Assembly (NCBI GenBank): GCA_012295275.1 | Contig: CM022675.1 | Coordinates: 4,030,001-4,094,000 of the forward strand | Direction of reading: 5' to 3' | DNA: 64,000 nucleotides | Source of the DNA: Chrysomallon squamiferum | Lineage: Eukaryota > Animalia > Mollusca | In this document: positions 1 through 16,335 of the stretch, piece after piece | Layout: each line of letters opens with the position of its first letter | How positions within the stretch are numbered: the stretch's first letter is position 1 | Made by a program: the position numbers and the translations under genes | The notes under the pieces: generated by a model | What the model was told of the DNA's origin: nothing | Database searches by the model: none | Seen by the model: the letters and a program-made list of their open reading frames with translations, nothing else

Positions 1-67
1 AATCAATTAAAAAGCAGGTTATCTGTCTGTATGTCTTTCTGTCTATTTCTCTGTTTGTCTATCAATT

Positions 68-177
<110 letters not shown>

Positions 178-2234
178 TAGATGATGATGATAGATAGATT
201 GTCTGATTACTCTCTGTATCAGTCTGTCTCTCTATCTGCTCATCTGTTTCTCTCTAAGATGATGATGATGATGATAATAATAATAATGAAGAAGAAGAAG
301 AAGAAGGAGAAAAAGTGCAACAAATAATAATAATATTAATTAAAAAAAAAACTCAATAAAATTCCATTCTTCGGATATTTTCAAAAGAAAAAAAAAAAAA
401 AAAAAAAATCACATGCGTGCTTTAAACGGTTCGAACGCGAGTCATCCAATTTTCCCGTGAACAAACAAAAAAGATGGCGTCGTGACAGCTGACGTGTTCA
501 CCTTGACAGGCGCTACATTCAGTTTGCACCTGCCAGTGAAAAGACGTCATTGTCTTCTGCTGAAGAACATTTCTCGTGTCTCTGGTTTGAAGAATTTTAC
601 GAATAACTGACCCGATGCCGAATGCCAGCCGAATAATCGCGAAGAAAAAAAAGTGCTCAAACGGCACGTGCGATTAACGAAATATGATAATGAGTAAACA
701 AAGTCACGTGATTGAGACGTCATACTTTCTGCAGACGAGAGAGAGAGAGAGAGAGGTTAGTGTTAGGTTTTGAAGTTGGAATTGTGTTGTGTTTTATTGA
801 GTGAAATCAAGAAAAATTAATTTAAATAAGAAGTATTCTTAAAGGTATTATGAAATGAATTAAACCAGAGTTTCGTATTAAAAAATTTAACAATAAAATG
901 AAATAAGAATATAAATAAATCAACAAACAGGTGACAAAAAATAAAAATAAAAATAAAGGAAAAAAGAAAATCACTATCATGTTGCTGCTGATGATGACAA
1001 CGATGATTTAGAAAATAATAATGACAATGATGAGGAAGAGGATGATAAATCGACTGATACATTTTCAGCATAAAATTTTATCTTTTAGATATGATAGTGC
1101 TCATTTTTTTATATAGAATCTTCATCTCTGTTGTTGTTGTTGTTGTTGTTGTCGTTGTCCCTATCGCTACTGAAAGCTATCTCGCGGTATTCATAAAAAT
1201 TAAAACAACTAAATCATATCTTACTGAATCTTATTTATATAATATCCTTGTTGACGATGTGTAAAATGAAATAAAACAAAATAAAATAAAATAAATTAAA
1301 AGTGAAAGTATAAATAAAAAAACTAAATATTTTATGCGCATCTTACTTTATTTAATAATAAAATCTGATAAACTGACAGATGCAGCAAAACAGCCACTGA
1401 TTTTCTTAATCTTACAAAGTTAGAAGAAGAAGAAGAAGAAGTAGAGCTACAAAAGACAAAAGAAAACAAAACTAAATAAATGATTTAATTAGAAACACGA
1501 ATCACAGCTTGTTATCAGTACACTTTGATACGCAGACAGAAGGTTAAAATAAAATACACAAATACACAAGATGTTGACAAACATATAAAAACACAAAATA
1601 TGTTGACAAACACACAACGTATGCTGACAAATTGACAAATACGTGCTGTCACATTTACCAGAATGGTGTTGACAAATATACAAAGAAGCTGTTACATGTG
1701 TACACAGAACAACGGTGATGAAACATGCACGATGACGTAGTGATGCATATGATGCAAACTGCGACCTTGACGTTGTTGTAGTTGATGTTGACACCTCAGA
1801 GGACGTCGTGAAAAAGCTGAAGAAAGCTAAAGAGATAAATATATCGCTTGTGTGTGTCAACAAGGATATATAAAAATTCTTGTTACAAGAAAGAAAATGT
1901 TTATTTTCTTAAATTACAAAAAAAAACACTGATTAATTTTCTATCATCGCTCTTTGGAAATCAAACATTTAATTTAATGTTTAATTTTCTGGTATCAGTT
2001 ATTTTATGTCAACAATTTGTTCGATCACATCACTAGCAATCATTAATTAATTTTACAGCGTCAGTTACTGTATATCAATCACTTGTTAAACGTGATCTCT
2101 AGAATGCAATAACTGATTTTTCATTATCAGCTAGTAGATGTCAAATGTTTGTTTAATTTTCTGAATATGAAACATGTGATATCTCTTATTTCTGGCATAA
2201 ATGAAATGACAAGAAAGGATTGAGAGAGACAAGA

Positions 2235-2323
<89 letters not shown>

Positions 2324-2433
2324 AGTGTATATATGTAAAGCTGTTTCCCTGTGTTCAGTTTAAGAAATAATATTATTGATCATCATGATGTGTCATCGTC
2401 GCCATCATTAGAATCATCATCTTATTTTCTGTG

Positions 2434-2464
<31 letters not shown>

Positions 2465-3158
2465 TTATTTAGTTACCTCGACATTTTAGAAGCCAAAATG
2501 AAAACGTCATTTGTATGTTAATCATTTTTAAAAAATCCAGGAAAGTCATGTACAACGGTGGTCAGTTTTGTTAAACCAACAACAAACAAACAAAGCAGTG
2601 GTCAGTTTATGACCTAATTCAATAAAAAAAAGAAGAAGAAAAAATGTATGTCCGCAGTGGCTGGTCCAACATCCGGTCATCTCAGTGACCTCGTTTTGAT
2701 TTTCACAAGGACAAACTGTGTTTGGCGAAAAGCCATTTCCCCGTGAACAGCAGACGAGAGAATATTTCTTTATTTATTTTAGTTTGTTTTAGATTTGTTA
2801 CAGGTATTACTGATTATCTATGTTTGATATGAACGTATGTTCAGTAAACACGACTTAAATCCAGTGCACTGATGTAGTCAAGTCTGCTGCATTGCTAAAC
2901 TAGGCTATGTTATACTACAGTCTGTACTATACTATACTATGTGTCTCTAAGCTGTATGTATATGTGCTGTATTACATTATACAATGTCATACTACAGCAC
3001 ACTACACTGTATTATACTATGCTATTCTATGTTCTACTATACTAAACAATATACTTTAGTTGGCTGTACTTTGTATGAATATATGTGTGCATGTATTTAT
3101 GTATATATGTACATATGTGTGTGTGTATTTGTGTGTGTGTGTGTATGTGTATGTGAGT

Positions 3159-3211
<53 letters not shown>

Positions 3212-4941
3212 GTGGATATTTATACCAGTCTACTAAAATGGTTTACAAAATCCTTAAATTTTGTAGTACGGGTTAGACTTCAAAGAATGGATCAGTCTGT
3301 CTGTCTGTCTGTGTGTCTGTGTGTCTGTATGTCTACTATTCTGCACTGCCTGACTATGAACGGACATAAACCCGAGCGACAATTTCTAGAATTTCAGTCT
3401 GGGACCTGGTCCAAGTCGGAAGTAAACTTCTTATATTTTCAAAACACGAGCTGTTGCCAGGGAATCGTCACAATGTTGACAGAGCTTTACTTCATTTGTC
3501 TAACTTATTGTTGTAAACACGAAATTAATAACCTATCAGATCTTCTGCTTACATGAACCAGGTTTGTCTGCTGTATGTTGACCCGCAGGTCCGCACTTTG
3601 TAATAAGGAGAGTATTTTTATCTAAACTACATTTTTGTGAGTTTTGTTTCGTCTAGGTTTGAGGAAAAAAAAAAAAAAAATGAACTGAGTGACTTTATTT
3701 TCAAAACTAGTGATGTAGGAAATGTCAGTGACTTTTTTATTTTTATTCTATTTAAGAAAAAACATTAAAAAAAATTATATTCTGACAAATACGGACATAC
3801 AGACAAAAACGCACATATATACACATAAACAAATAGACGTATAAAAACATCAACGTACTCACGCACAACCACACAACAAATATACACGCATAAATACATG
3901 CTGACATTCATACATACTGACATACAGACAAACGTAAACAAGACTACTGTTTACAACTAGAAAAATAGATGTATTTTCTATAATGTTATTTATTTATTTC
4001 ATTATGTTTTGTCATCGTTGATCTTGCTTTTGTAATTTTCTTTTTCTTGTTGTTTCGTATTTTATTTAAACTTTTCATGAAAAATTAAAAAAAATGATAT
4101 AGCCACAGAGAGAAATATAAATCTAGTTTAATTTGATATAAATTAAAAAAAACAAAATTCGAAATTATTCAAAACAAAAACTTTAAAGTCTTTTTAACAC
4201 AGGTACTTAAACATACCTAATCTACACTCTTCGACTTCACAGAGATAATTCTTCGTTTCAGCGATTCTGACAAAACTAACAAACATCCAGGAAACCTTTA
4301 TTTTGACAAAATTACGGAGATTCAGATATCTAAATATTAGCGTTGACGTTTGAGTATTGGACTCTGCTGCTAGAATTCCCCTCCCACGGGGATGTTTCGC
4401 TCTTGCTCTGTTTTATATACGAGATACTCACACGTGCTCGTGGAATTTCGAATCTCTTCGTTTTCTGTAGAAACAGCAAAAATAAATTCCGAAAACCGGA
4501 CTCGTATTGTATGTGTTTAGATTCATTGATTTATTCATTCAAAGGTGTCAGCCTATTTCTTTATGAGGACACTAAACTTTAAGACACTATTAACAATCAT
4601 AGATATTTAACCATTTACCCCGGTAAATTTGGAAACCGGAAATGGTCCGGATTTCTGGATACAGATTACATTTTTTTGGATTAAAATAAACAATGACAAA
4701 TAAAGATGAAGGTGTATTTTAGACATTACAGTTAATGAAAATAAGAATCAACTGAAACAAATAATAGGTTGTTTTTTTTATAGGATCATTTAAAACCAAC
4801 TATTTTCTCATTTGAACAAGCATCATGGAAATCAAAACTAATTTTACCCAATTCAAAAAAAGCTTGTTTAAAAATTACTTTATTTTCAAGATTTTCAAGC
4901 TAGATATATGGTTCCAAACCTAAAGTAATAGCAGCAGCAGC

Positions 4942-5002
<61 letters not shown>

Positions 5003-5626
5003 TTACAAACAGTAGCAGTAGTTGTTGCGGTAGTAGTGGTAATAAAAAAAAGAGTAAATAAATAAATAAATAATTTATAGTAATAGTTTTAATATTAACA
5101 ACAACAACAACATTAGTAATAATAATAACAAATAAAGAAAATGAACAACAAACAAACAAACAAGCAACACTCCAGTAGAAAGAAAATGACCAAGACACCA
5201 ATACACTGAAATTACGTAATTCAAAAAAAAAGAAAAAAAAAAAAAGAAAAAAAAAAAGAAAAAACAGAGGAGAAAATAACAAAACAAATAAACACGACAG
5301 AGAACAAGTTAAAATAAACTAAAACAGCAGAAAAACACTTTTCAAATAAAGAATTAACCATGATTTCAAACTGGAAGTATTACGTGTAGAAAACTGAGGT
5401 AAACGTTTAGACACGGAGTTACGCAAGGTTGTTTTTTTATGTTTTTTACCCACTCTGTTTTCTCTTTATTTTTTGTTCTTGATTTAACTTGCTCAGTTCA
5501 GTTAGGTGAAGAGACATTCCAAAGTTTAGAAAATGCTGCTGACTGAAACAACTTTATTATTTCTACTCTCGTTCTCTCTGTTTGTCTCTTTGTGTCTGTC
5601 TATCCGACTCTCTGTCTATCCGTCTC

Positions 5627-5713
<87 letters not shown>

Positions 5714-7264
5714 GTGTGTGTGTGTGTGTGTCATTAACTAAATATAATTTTTCTAATGTATTGCATGGAGAAAAAGAAACAGTTTCATGAAATATCTGAA
5801 TATAATCGGACAAGAAACAATCCTTAAAATTAAAGAACTATTTCTTTCTTTTTATATTTGTTACATTTAATTATAATTTTCCTCATTTTTTGTTTTGTTC
5901 TTAATATCTCCCTTATAAGGACAGTTTAATTTTATTTTACTTTTTGTAATGTCTTATCTTTTGTTACTAATTCTTCATTATAAATTATTTCTCTTTTCAT
6001 TGCTTTAAGATAATATGTAAATTTCTGATTTTCACCATGAAAATCAATAAAAAAGGTACTTTTAAATCGTAATATTTATTTATTTATTTATTTATTTATT
6101 TTATTATTTATTTATTTATTTATTTATTTAATTATTTGTTATTTGTTTGTTTGTTCCTTTATCTATTTATCTATCACACTATGTGTGTGATATACATATA
6201 CATACATATACACACACACACACATTCACACACACACACAGACAAACACACAAACAAACACTTATATATTAAATTAATTTATCTTCCGTGTATTCTTTGT
6301 CTCCGTTGTTTTATTTTAAATTACTGTGTTACAATTCTCATTTCGCCAGTCACGGAGTTAGTTTCAAATGATAACATTAAACATTTTCAAATCCTCCTGT
6401 CTCGCTCGCAAACCACACACGAGCTGTTATCACACGCCCATGTTACGAGTCTCTCATGTATAACTTACACGTCCAGCAAATTGATCTTCCCGACGTTTCT
6501 GTTTGTCCACAGCACACTGGCCAGCTTGACCACTCGGGCTTGGTCAGTGTTTGGACGAGGATGGAAAGCGGAACACGGTCTCACTGGCAGCTGTTGTCGC
6601 TGTTGTCGCTGTAGTTTGCAAAGTTGATGGAAATCCGTCCCGTTCGTCACAAAACAATTAACAGATGTTATGAGGCGACTGCCTACTTTGCAAACAGACG
6701 GAGAGGATATTAGAAGAAGAAAAAAGAAAATAGGAGAGAAAAAAAAAAAGTTTAATCGTTTTTAGATTGTTATTTCTAATGTCCTCACAAACTGCAGTAG
6801 GGTCAGTTGTCTTGAGATGTTAACAGAAAATGTCACGAAAAGTCGAAGACAGTTACCATTATCATCATCATCGTCTTTATTATTATCATCATCATCATTA
6901 TTATTACTATTATTATCATTATTATTATCATCATCGTCATCATCATCACTATTATTATTATTATTGTAGTTATCATTATCATTATTACTATTATTGTTAT
7001 TACCGTCTACATCATCATCATCATTATTCTTATTATCAACGTCATTATCATGATCATCATCATTATCAACAGCATTAGTATTACTACTGCTACAACTACT
7101 ACTAATACAAGATTACTTCTCGTAGCTTTTCTAGAATTATCTCTGTTTTCGACCTGTGTCACAAACTATGGTATGTGTTGTCGTGTCTGGTAGAGGTTAT
7201 ATTGTTAGACACTCCGCTTTAGAAATGTTCAGCTGAAAAGTGCTCACGATAACTAAAATCGTCA

Positions 7265-7338
7265 GGCCTGTTAGCTCAGTTGGTTAGAGTGTCGTGCTAA
7301 TAACGCGAATGTCGTGGGTTCGATCCCCACATGGGCCA
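7265..7338 (+). tRNA. tRNA-Ile (anticodon AAT)
   Basis: 74 nt GGCCTGTTAGCTCAGTTGGTTAGAGTGTCGTGCT-AAT-AACGCGAATGTCGTGGGTTCGATCCCCACATGGGCCA. Cloverleaf folds by hand, A-box and B-box are intact, and an oligo-T Pol III terminator lies ~10 nt downstream. Closely resembles eukaryotic tRNA-Ile(AAT). Confidence 0.95.
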
Positions 7339-8005
7339 AATTGTAGGTTTTTTTTTTTTTTATTAACACAGATTGCTTTTTGTATTAACACAGACGTTCA
7401 GAGAGAAAGTCAACAAATGTAAACATTTTTTAATGTTTTAACGCAAAAGAGAGTTCTGTTTCCAAACAGCGATATCCACTCTGACTTTACTGAATGATGA
7501 CTGTTGCAGTTTTAATATAACATTTACAAACTCTGATTAACCAAGACACAAACATCTAAGTAAATTTTCATTTAACAAAAAAGTATATAAGACATTAATG
7601 TTAGACTTCAAGTGGTCTAGACTGCAAGATCAATCCTCTTCGAGTGACTCATTACGTTTTTTCACATTTCTGTCATAACTCACTGACCATTTCCTTTTGT
7701 GTGTAACTTCATCTCTCTGGGTTGGTGTATAATAAAGATTATTTATTGCTACTATATTAAGATTAGGTTAATCGAGCATTCATGCATTCACAAACAGTAA
7801 TGAAATATGATATTTTGGTTCATGTTTTAGTCTTTTTTTGTTTTTGTTATTTGGAAAATTAATATTGCGCTTTGGCCATCTTAAAATTTAAAAAATCTAG
7901 ACACTTTATTTTGAAATATTAATTAATACAAAATCCTCTTTAATATCGCTAGATATCACTAGCTCTGGCAAATATTAGAATTTTTTTTTTTCTTTTATAT
8001 ATAAG

Positions 8006-8337
8006 ACAAATACTGTAACCAAAAACCTTTTCTTTTATATATAAAGTAAATACTATAACCAAAATCTTTTTTCTATAGTTAAGGCAAATGCTATAACCAA
8101 AATCTTTTTTCTGTAGTTAAGGCAAATACTATAACCAGAATCTTTTTTTCTCTAGTTAAGGCAAATACTATAACCAAAATCTTTTTTCAGTAGTTAAGGC
8201 AAATACTATAACCAAAATCTTTTTTCTGTAGTTATGGCAAATACTATAACCAAAATCTTTTTTCTCTAGTTAAGGCAAATACTATAACCAAAATCTTTTT
8301 TCTGTAGTTATGGCAAATACTATAACCAAAATCTTTT
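8006..8337. repeat. 39-40-bp minisatellite (AAATACTATAACCAAAATCTTTTTTCTGTAGTTAAGGC), ~8 units
   Basis: Direct inspection. Confidence 0.92.
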
Positions 8338-8960
8338 CCTGCTTAAAGAATAAAATTCTTGGATTTCGTAAACACGGTCTTGATACAAACGATGACATGT
8401 TAAAATGTCTTATACAAATATTTGTGGTCCAGTTTCGCCTTGTTTCTGCTGACCAAATGTTCGATGTCTTGAGACTGACAATGGCTTCATTAGGACAGAA
8501 TCTCGTTCTCTTGTTTTCGTCAGGCAGATGAAATGTTTCCTGGAAGCCATTTGTCAAATCACAGCACGTTCTGCCGAAATCTCATTCACAAATATCTATG
8601 TTTTTCCAATGTGCTCAAGTGCAAAGCTAGAGAGGCGTCGTCGTTTTCACAGCGGATACAGCAACAACGTCGTGACAGTACGGAACTTTGGGGCCGCTCT
8701 TTGTTTCTGAAATGAAGATCAAGGTTGGATGGAGATTTACAAACATTCTCCGTTTGCATCGATCAAATCTTCATTACCAGGAACAGTTTCAGAATAAAGA
8801 ATTTCAAAATTATTTTTTGCACTGTTTTTGTTCTGTAAAAACTGTTAAACGATAAAGCTGACAAGATAACTTAAATAAACTTTTTTCTTTTTTAAATGTA
8901 TATATTCATTATTACATTAAACGAATAATTTGAATGAATCAAATGACAACAACAACAACA

Positions 8961-9025
<65 letters not shown>

Positions 9026-10494
9026 TCTGACGACTTTTTACTAATCATCGAAAATATTTTTAAAAGTTATAGTTTAAAACGTATTGATAATTTACTTCTT
9101 TTAAATACATACAAGTACACAATATACACTAGAATAAACAATAGAGAAAACAATGTATTCCTAATTGGCGAGTTCAGTTGTTTATTATTTAATTACTTTT
9201 ATCCTAGAAGTCCCAGAACGCATGCGTGTTCAGTGTTTAAATAAACAACGCAAAAGCAACAGACAAATTAAACTTGTGTTTGATGATTCTAAGAAATAGT
9301 CTGAATAGATAACTTCCAATTTTTTTATTTATTTATTTATTTATTTATTTATGTTTTAAATTTAATTAAATTTAATTTATTATTATTATTATTATTTGTA
9401 TTTTTATCGACTAAACTTAAATAATAGCGAACTGTAACAACAAAAAAGTTAAAAATAATGTTGGAGCAGCCATTTTTTTTTTTTTAGTAGTAGTGACGTC
9501 ATCGCGTTTAGACACAAACCATTAGTTCTAAAGTTTCTCGAAGTGTTGTCAGAAAAATATTTCATGCTTTTAAACTTTCAGTGCTATCTGAATTAGTGAT
9601 AATAATCTAATTTTGAAATAAAATGATTTATTTGATATTATATAAAGGCATGTTTTAGTACAAATGACGGTACAAATTAATAAAAGAAAACAAAACTGAA
9701 AATACAAAATCTTTTTCGTTTTCTCCAGTCTGCAAATGTGCACGTTTTCAGTTTTGCATTGTTTATATTCAACATAAAATGGTATTTTGTTAAAACGACG
9801 ATCTACTTCAAAATTTTGTCAAGTCCAATCTTTATGAACGTTCGGGTAGCAGTATAACGACTTGAAAATACAGAAAATAAATATTCTTTTAAACCCCTGC
9901 ATCTAAATGAACTCGTCCACATCACGTGAATCATGGGCAGACGAAGAATAATGTCACAAGTTTATATTCTCGAAGGCAGTAGAAAATGTATATATACAAT
10001 TTTGCACTGTCATATAAAATTGAATAAAACATTATATTTGAAATTTATTTTAAAATTAAGTAAGGAAGAATTGATACAAGACTTTACCATCACTTAGACA
10101 CCTTTTTTTTAAAATATTTTCTATTTCAGTAAGAGTAATTGATGAATAGAATATCAGATCACTGGTATTTTTATAAATAACGTTCAAGTTTTATTTATAT
10201 TGATAAATTAAAGTATTTCAACAAAAAACATTCTGTTCTATCCAAACTGTGTGTTAGTGTTTTAGTGATATTTTATCATTGTCATTATTATTATTATCAT
10301 TATCATTTTCGTCGTTAATGTTATTATTGTTTGCTACTGTTGTGGTTGTTGTCGATCTTTACTGTTGTTATTAATTTAATTACTTAATAATTCGTTTTAA
10401 TTATTTCAAGACTATAGTTTATAATTTAAAACATTTAATAATTCATTTTAGTTATTTCAGACGGGCTATCAGTTTATCGAATTAAACATTTAAC

Positions 10495-10534
<40 letters not shown>

Positions 10535-10611
10535 TAATAATAATAACAATAGCAAAAACAACAAAAACAAAAACAACGAAAATAAAAATAAAAACAACAA
10601 CCACAATATTG

Positions 10612-10662
<51 letters not shown>

Positions 10663-11294
10663 GAAACACTATGAACAGAAACAACAACAACAACCATAAC
10701 ATAAAAAAAAAACAATAATAAATACATCAATAGCAACAACAAAAATAAATAATTTACTGCTCTATTTCCCATACATTTCCTGTACACACACTTCACATAA
10801 ACAAAAAGGCAAAACATTCACCTTGACGAATACCTGTCTAATTAACGAGGTCAGTTGTTTATTATTTTATTTCGTTTGCAAACACCTGCGATTTACCTAC
10901 AGCACAAAGAGACGTCTACCTCTCAACAACGTCAATCAAAGAGTCATTGTATTCGTTGTCGCCGTCGTGTGCTTTCCATAACGAGGCAGCCTTGAAATGA
11001 CGTTCCTCGGAGAAGAAAGACACACTTAGATGAATTCCAGTCTGTGAATTAGTTTGTATGTATTAGAAATGTCAACAAGAGGGCTTTGAAAAAAAAAAAC
11101 TTCGTATTGCGAAGGAAATGACTTTGATTCGTTTTGTGTCAAACAGCCAAACTGGGACTGGCGAAAAAGCGAAAAGTTTAGCATCAGTTTGTGATTTTGT
11201 TACAGATTTTGAGACAAAAATAAATTAAAATAATAATCCAGAAAGGATAAAAATAAACAGAAGCAAGACCATAGTAGTAATAGTAGTTGTTGGT

Positions 11295-11335
<41 letters not shown>

Positions 11336-11382
11336 TACAGTAGCAGTCGTAGTAGTAGTAGTAAATACAATAATAATAATAA

Positions 11383-11427
<45 letters not shown>

Positions 11428-11985
11428 CATCATCATCATCATCAGAATCATATAATAATAACAGTAATAATTAGATTTAAATAGGTTCTTTAAAATTCCA
11501 GTAGATGATTTTCTTTGAAAAAAAAAAAAAACAAGAAAGTGGTAATTAAAGAAAATCCACCACGAAACCACAAACGGTTTTAACATGTTGCTGATAAAAC
11601 CATTCTCAAATGTGTTACAGATCTGGGAGATCAGAAAATACAAATCTGAAGAAAAAGAAACCAGAAGGTTATTTTAAAATTAGAAACAAAAACAAACACA
11701 AAGTATTTTAATAGTTCAAACTATTCCTCACTTATTATTTATCATTATCATTATTATTATTATTTTATTATTTTATTTTATTCTTGTTGTTGTTGTTGTT
11801 ATTACTCATAATTATATCAAAATAACAAATAGATTATATATCTAATAATTATAACAACAAAATAAACAACAACAACGACGACAACAAAACAACAGGAATA
11901 ATAATGACCAAAAATGTTGGCAATTACTGATTTTGCTACTACGACTACTACGATATACGAATATTAATATCATTACTTCTACTAT

Positions 11986-12032
<47 letters not shown>

Positions 12033-12926
12033 ATAATAATAATAATAATAATAATAACAATAATAATAATAATGGGTTAAATTTAAACCGACGTATATTA
12101 AATCAATAAAACTTCGTCACTGCAATACTATATTTTTTCTGTTCAGATTTACTTTCTAGTCATCTGACACAACTTCGTATTTTTTTTTTTTTTTTTTTTT
12201 TCCTTTTCTTTCTTTCTTTTTATTATTATTATTAATTAATTAATTTATTTATTTATTAGTTCACAGCTCTGCAGAAGGATCTGAAAACACAAAGATCGTT
12301 TAACTCCGTATTGACTAATTGGTAAACAAGGTATTTGACTTCAGGCAAGTTATATTGACTCTAAATACATGTGTTTGATTGAACTGAAGAAAAAACAGAA
12401 TAAATTTTGTCTTGAAATTATCATAAAACATCTCTAGCATTCCCTCAAGGTGAAATAAAACAGATGGAAAAATGAAAGAATTTGCAAAGAACAAAGAAAT
12501 CGTGTTCTTTCATTTCTAAATATAAGGATAGGAGAGTTTTGTTTTTTAATTTTAAATAAATATGATTTTATTACTCAAGTGACTCAAAGGTCGATCTGCC
12601 CAAAGATTAAATTCTGTTAGATTATTTTGTTTAAATAGTGCAGGTTCAAAATAGTTAATAATTATTACAAGTTTCTCAGATTCTTTTTCTTTCTCATTTC
12701 TTTTTCTGTCTTTCTTTCTTAATTTGATATTATTAACCTGTAACTGATACTTTCTTTTTATATTTCTCCTTCTTTCTGTCTTCCTAGACTCAGCCTGACT
12801 GACGTTACAATGTACTCAATCACATCAAACATAATTATGTTTAAATATGTTTGAATATTTTTCGTTTAATTATTTATTGAAGCATTATAAACTTATAACA
12901 ACAGCATCTGTGTATTTTCGAAATAA

Positions 12927-12966
<40 letters not shown>

Positions 12967-13616
12967 ACAAATAAATAAAATAAAATAAAATTAAATTAAA
13001 TTAAAATAAAATATAGCATAATAAAATGAAATAAGAAAATTATACACATATAATTACATATAAATAAATAAATAAATAAAAAATGATGAAGTCAGCCTGA
13101 ATTTGGGATTTCTTTATTCAGGAAATGAACGAATTTGTCACTAGATTTCTCCAGATACTTGGATTAAACAAAACAATACGGTGTTTATTTAGCTGATACA
13201 TTTGTTTTCCTTTTAATGCAACTTTCTTATTTACATTCAGGAAAAAAATAAAAAGTTAAAGACGACACCAAACAACTGATTTATATTGTGAAGTAAAGAA
13301 AATTCATCTAAAATCAAATAACATAACTTCCAAGTAAACAACTGTCATTAGCTTTAAACAAGAAAATAACGTTTAAAAAATAATTTAAAAAGAAAAATAA
13401 ATAAAATACTTTTGTTAAAACTCTTTATTAAGGACAAACTAGAACCAGTAATCATGGTCTGTTTAATCAGCGGTCATTATAAACAGGTCAGGACAAGCTA
13501 AAAAGTTTCGGATTTTTATATTTTTGTGTACAATTATTATAGCTGAAATTATTCATGTATGTTATTTTTGCTTACAATTCACTTCTTAATTTCATTTATT
13601 TCAAAACATTTATTTA

Positions 13617-13669
<53 letters not shown>

Positions 13670-14155
13670 GCTAATGTCTGTTTCTAAATTTATTTATTTC
13701 AAATTAATTTTATTTATTTATAAACTGTTTATGTTTTAAACTGGCTGTTGTCTTACACTAAAACTCATTTTCTAATAAACGGAGAAAAAAGGAGGAGCAA
13801 GACATCGTATTTGTGACATCGTCAGCAACGATGACGTCGACGTTCGATGCAGCATAGCATGGTGGCTGTCTGGTAACTGCTTTCCCAGATTTGGAGAAAA
13901 CAATGGAAAAACTTTGAAGAAAAAGATTAAGAAAAAGAAAACAGTATTTAGTTTAAGCTGCATGTTGTGTGAACTGTGCTGTATGTTGTCGATTGAAATA
14001 TATATATATATATATTTATTTATTTATTTATTTATTATAAATTGATATTTTTGAGCAGACATTCGGCCCCAAATAACTACTACTACTGCTTCTAACAACA
14101 ACAACAACAATAACGATAATAAAATAATAATAAAAACAGTGATAATATTAATAAA

Positions 14156-14208
<53 letters not shown>

Positions 14209-15109
14209 CTGTAACTTTCAGTTTTTCTTTTTCCTCTTCTTTTTGTTTCAAATCATATTTATTTCCTTTTTCACTACAATATCTGTTAAATCCTTGCGTA
14301 CATATTTTGAAAAGAAAACGTGTATGACGGCGAATAAAGAGGAAAATCTATCGTACAGTTATTAAAAACATTTTTAAATGTTTTCCATCATATTCTTGCA
14401 CAAACACTGCGTCCTGCAGCCTCAACATCAAAACATAACTGAAGAAATGAGGAAATACATTTTGGCAATCGTTCACGATGTCCCAACAGCTGACTGCACT
14501 ACAACACGCACCAAAAAAAAGCAGGCGCCAAACACCTGACAGCAGACGTCAAACACGTAAAAGCAGACGATCTACGAAACGTTGAAAGTTTTGACCTGCG
14601 AGCTAATCTTGCCTATAAACAAAATTTATAACGACATAGCGAGGTAATCCTAATCGATTTGAGCGTGTTTACAAGGCATGGCAGAAGCAGGGATTCTTTG
14701 TCCAGAAAGGAGGAAGCGAGCGTTTGAAGAAGCGATGGAGAAACAGAGAAAGATAAACTAACGTTAAGACGGGGTAAATCCCACCGTGACAGCTTAATTC
14801 TGGGCCGCTCTTTACGAGCAGGTGCGAAAGTGCAGCTACTGTGAAAACAGATGTACAAACAAAACAATATTGATTACACCATGCCGATAGGTTCAGAGAG
14901 TTTTTGTTAACCGATCTAAAACATTTTCCTCAACTTTTTATTTATGTTCATGATGTAAATTACAATGTGAAAACATATAGTAATTATTATATTTAAATGA
15001 ATATATATATAAATATTTATACATACATACATACATACATATACAGATAGATAGATAGATAGATAGACAGATAGATTATATAGTATTAAAAACATGAAAT
15101 CATATATTA

Positions 15110-15310
15110 TAATAAATGAAAATATAAATTATGTTAATAACTAAATGAAACGATAAATTATGTTAATAACTGAATGAAATCATAAATTATGTTAATAACT
15201 AAGTTAAAAGATAAATTACGTCAATTACTAAATGAAATCATAAATTATGTTAATCATAATGTATTTTAATAACTAACTATATGAAAAATATAAATTATGA
15301 TAATAATAGT
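15110..15310. repeat. ~29-bp AT-rich minisatellite (AAATGAAATCATAAATTATGTTAATAACT), ~6 degenerate units
   Basis: Direct inspection. Confidence 0.8.
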
Positions 15311-15320
15311 CATGTTATTT

Positions 15321-15386
<66 letters not shown>

Positions 15387-15510
15387 ATTTGAAAACTAAT
15401 ATATATTAACTCAGTGTGTACGATTTAGAAACTGCTTTAACTAACCAACACATTCTGTTATATGATGGTATAATATAAACATTTCAGACTAAAACCTAAA
15501 TGTAATTTTG

Positions 15511-15582
<72 letters not shown>

Positions 15583-16335
15583 GTTGTTGTTTTAAATATT
15601 TTTAATACAATTTTTAAAAATTAAGACGATAGATTTTACATGTGTGACAAAAAACAGACTTCATATTTAAAATTAAAACATTCTATAAAAAAAGATAATT
15701 AACGAAACAAGCCTCGTTGTGAAACTGACGGTGTTTAATCAATACTGCTCAGTAACGAACTTGCGAGAATGCGGAAACCAAAAAATTTCGCTTCTGTTTT
15801 TTCTTAGAACTGTTTTCTCAAATAAACTGGAAATATTACGATAGAGTGTTAACAAAAAGACGAGGCTGTCATTTACATTCCTGGAAGTTAGGTATCTCCC
15901 CAGGAAAAGCCATTAAAGCGTCAGTCAGTATAACTAGCAGACGATCGGCGAAGTCGCGGCAAACAAACAACAAATTACACTTTCAAACAGAACGTTCGCG
16001 CAGACGACAAGTTCTCAGTTTGGCGCGCTTCTGCCCGATTGCTTGATTAAAAGGAGGTTTAATTTTTTAGTTCCCTGGTCCCGCCCTGGATGTCAACTGT
16101 GAAATGTGAGTTCCGATTGTTTGGAAGTATACATGTAAACACACTTCAGTATAACACAGAAACTGTTGCTTCAGTAGCCTTTATTTATTTATTTATTTAT
16201 TTGTTTGTTGTACTTTGTAAACTATTTTCTGTGTAAAAAAATAAAAGAGGGCGAGTGACTTTAATTAATTGTTTATTTACTAATTAATTATTTATTAATG
16301 TGATAAGGTTGTAAATATTATTGTGTACATTTTAA

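Noticed and set aside
2984-3556. 190-aa ORF and the many poly-I/L/N, ERER, VCVC ORFs across the window
   Set aside because: Translations of microsatellites with no domain signal or splice support.
6465-6650. Minus-strand 61-aa ORF ending at a GTAAGT donor
   Set aside because: No ATG, no recognisable homology, and no partner exon could be found.
8006-8337. Regular ~39-bp repeats, superficially CRISPR-like (also 19328-19590 and the 24-bp arrays)
   Set aside because: Head-to-tail units with no unique spacers, no cas genes, and a eukaryotic context.
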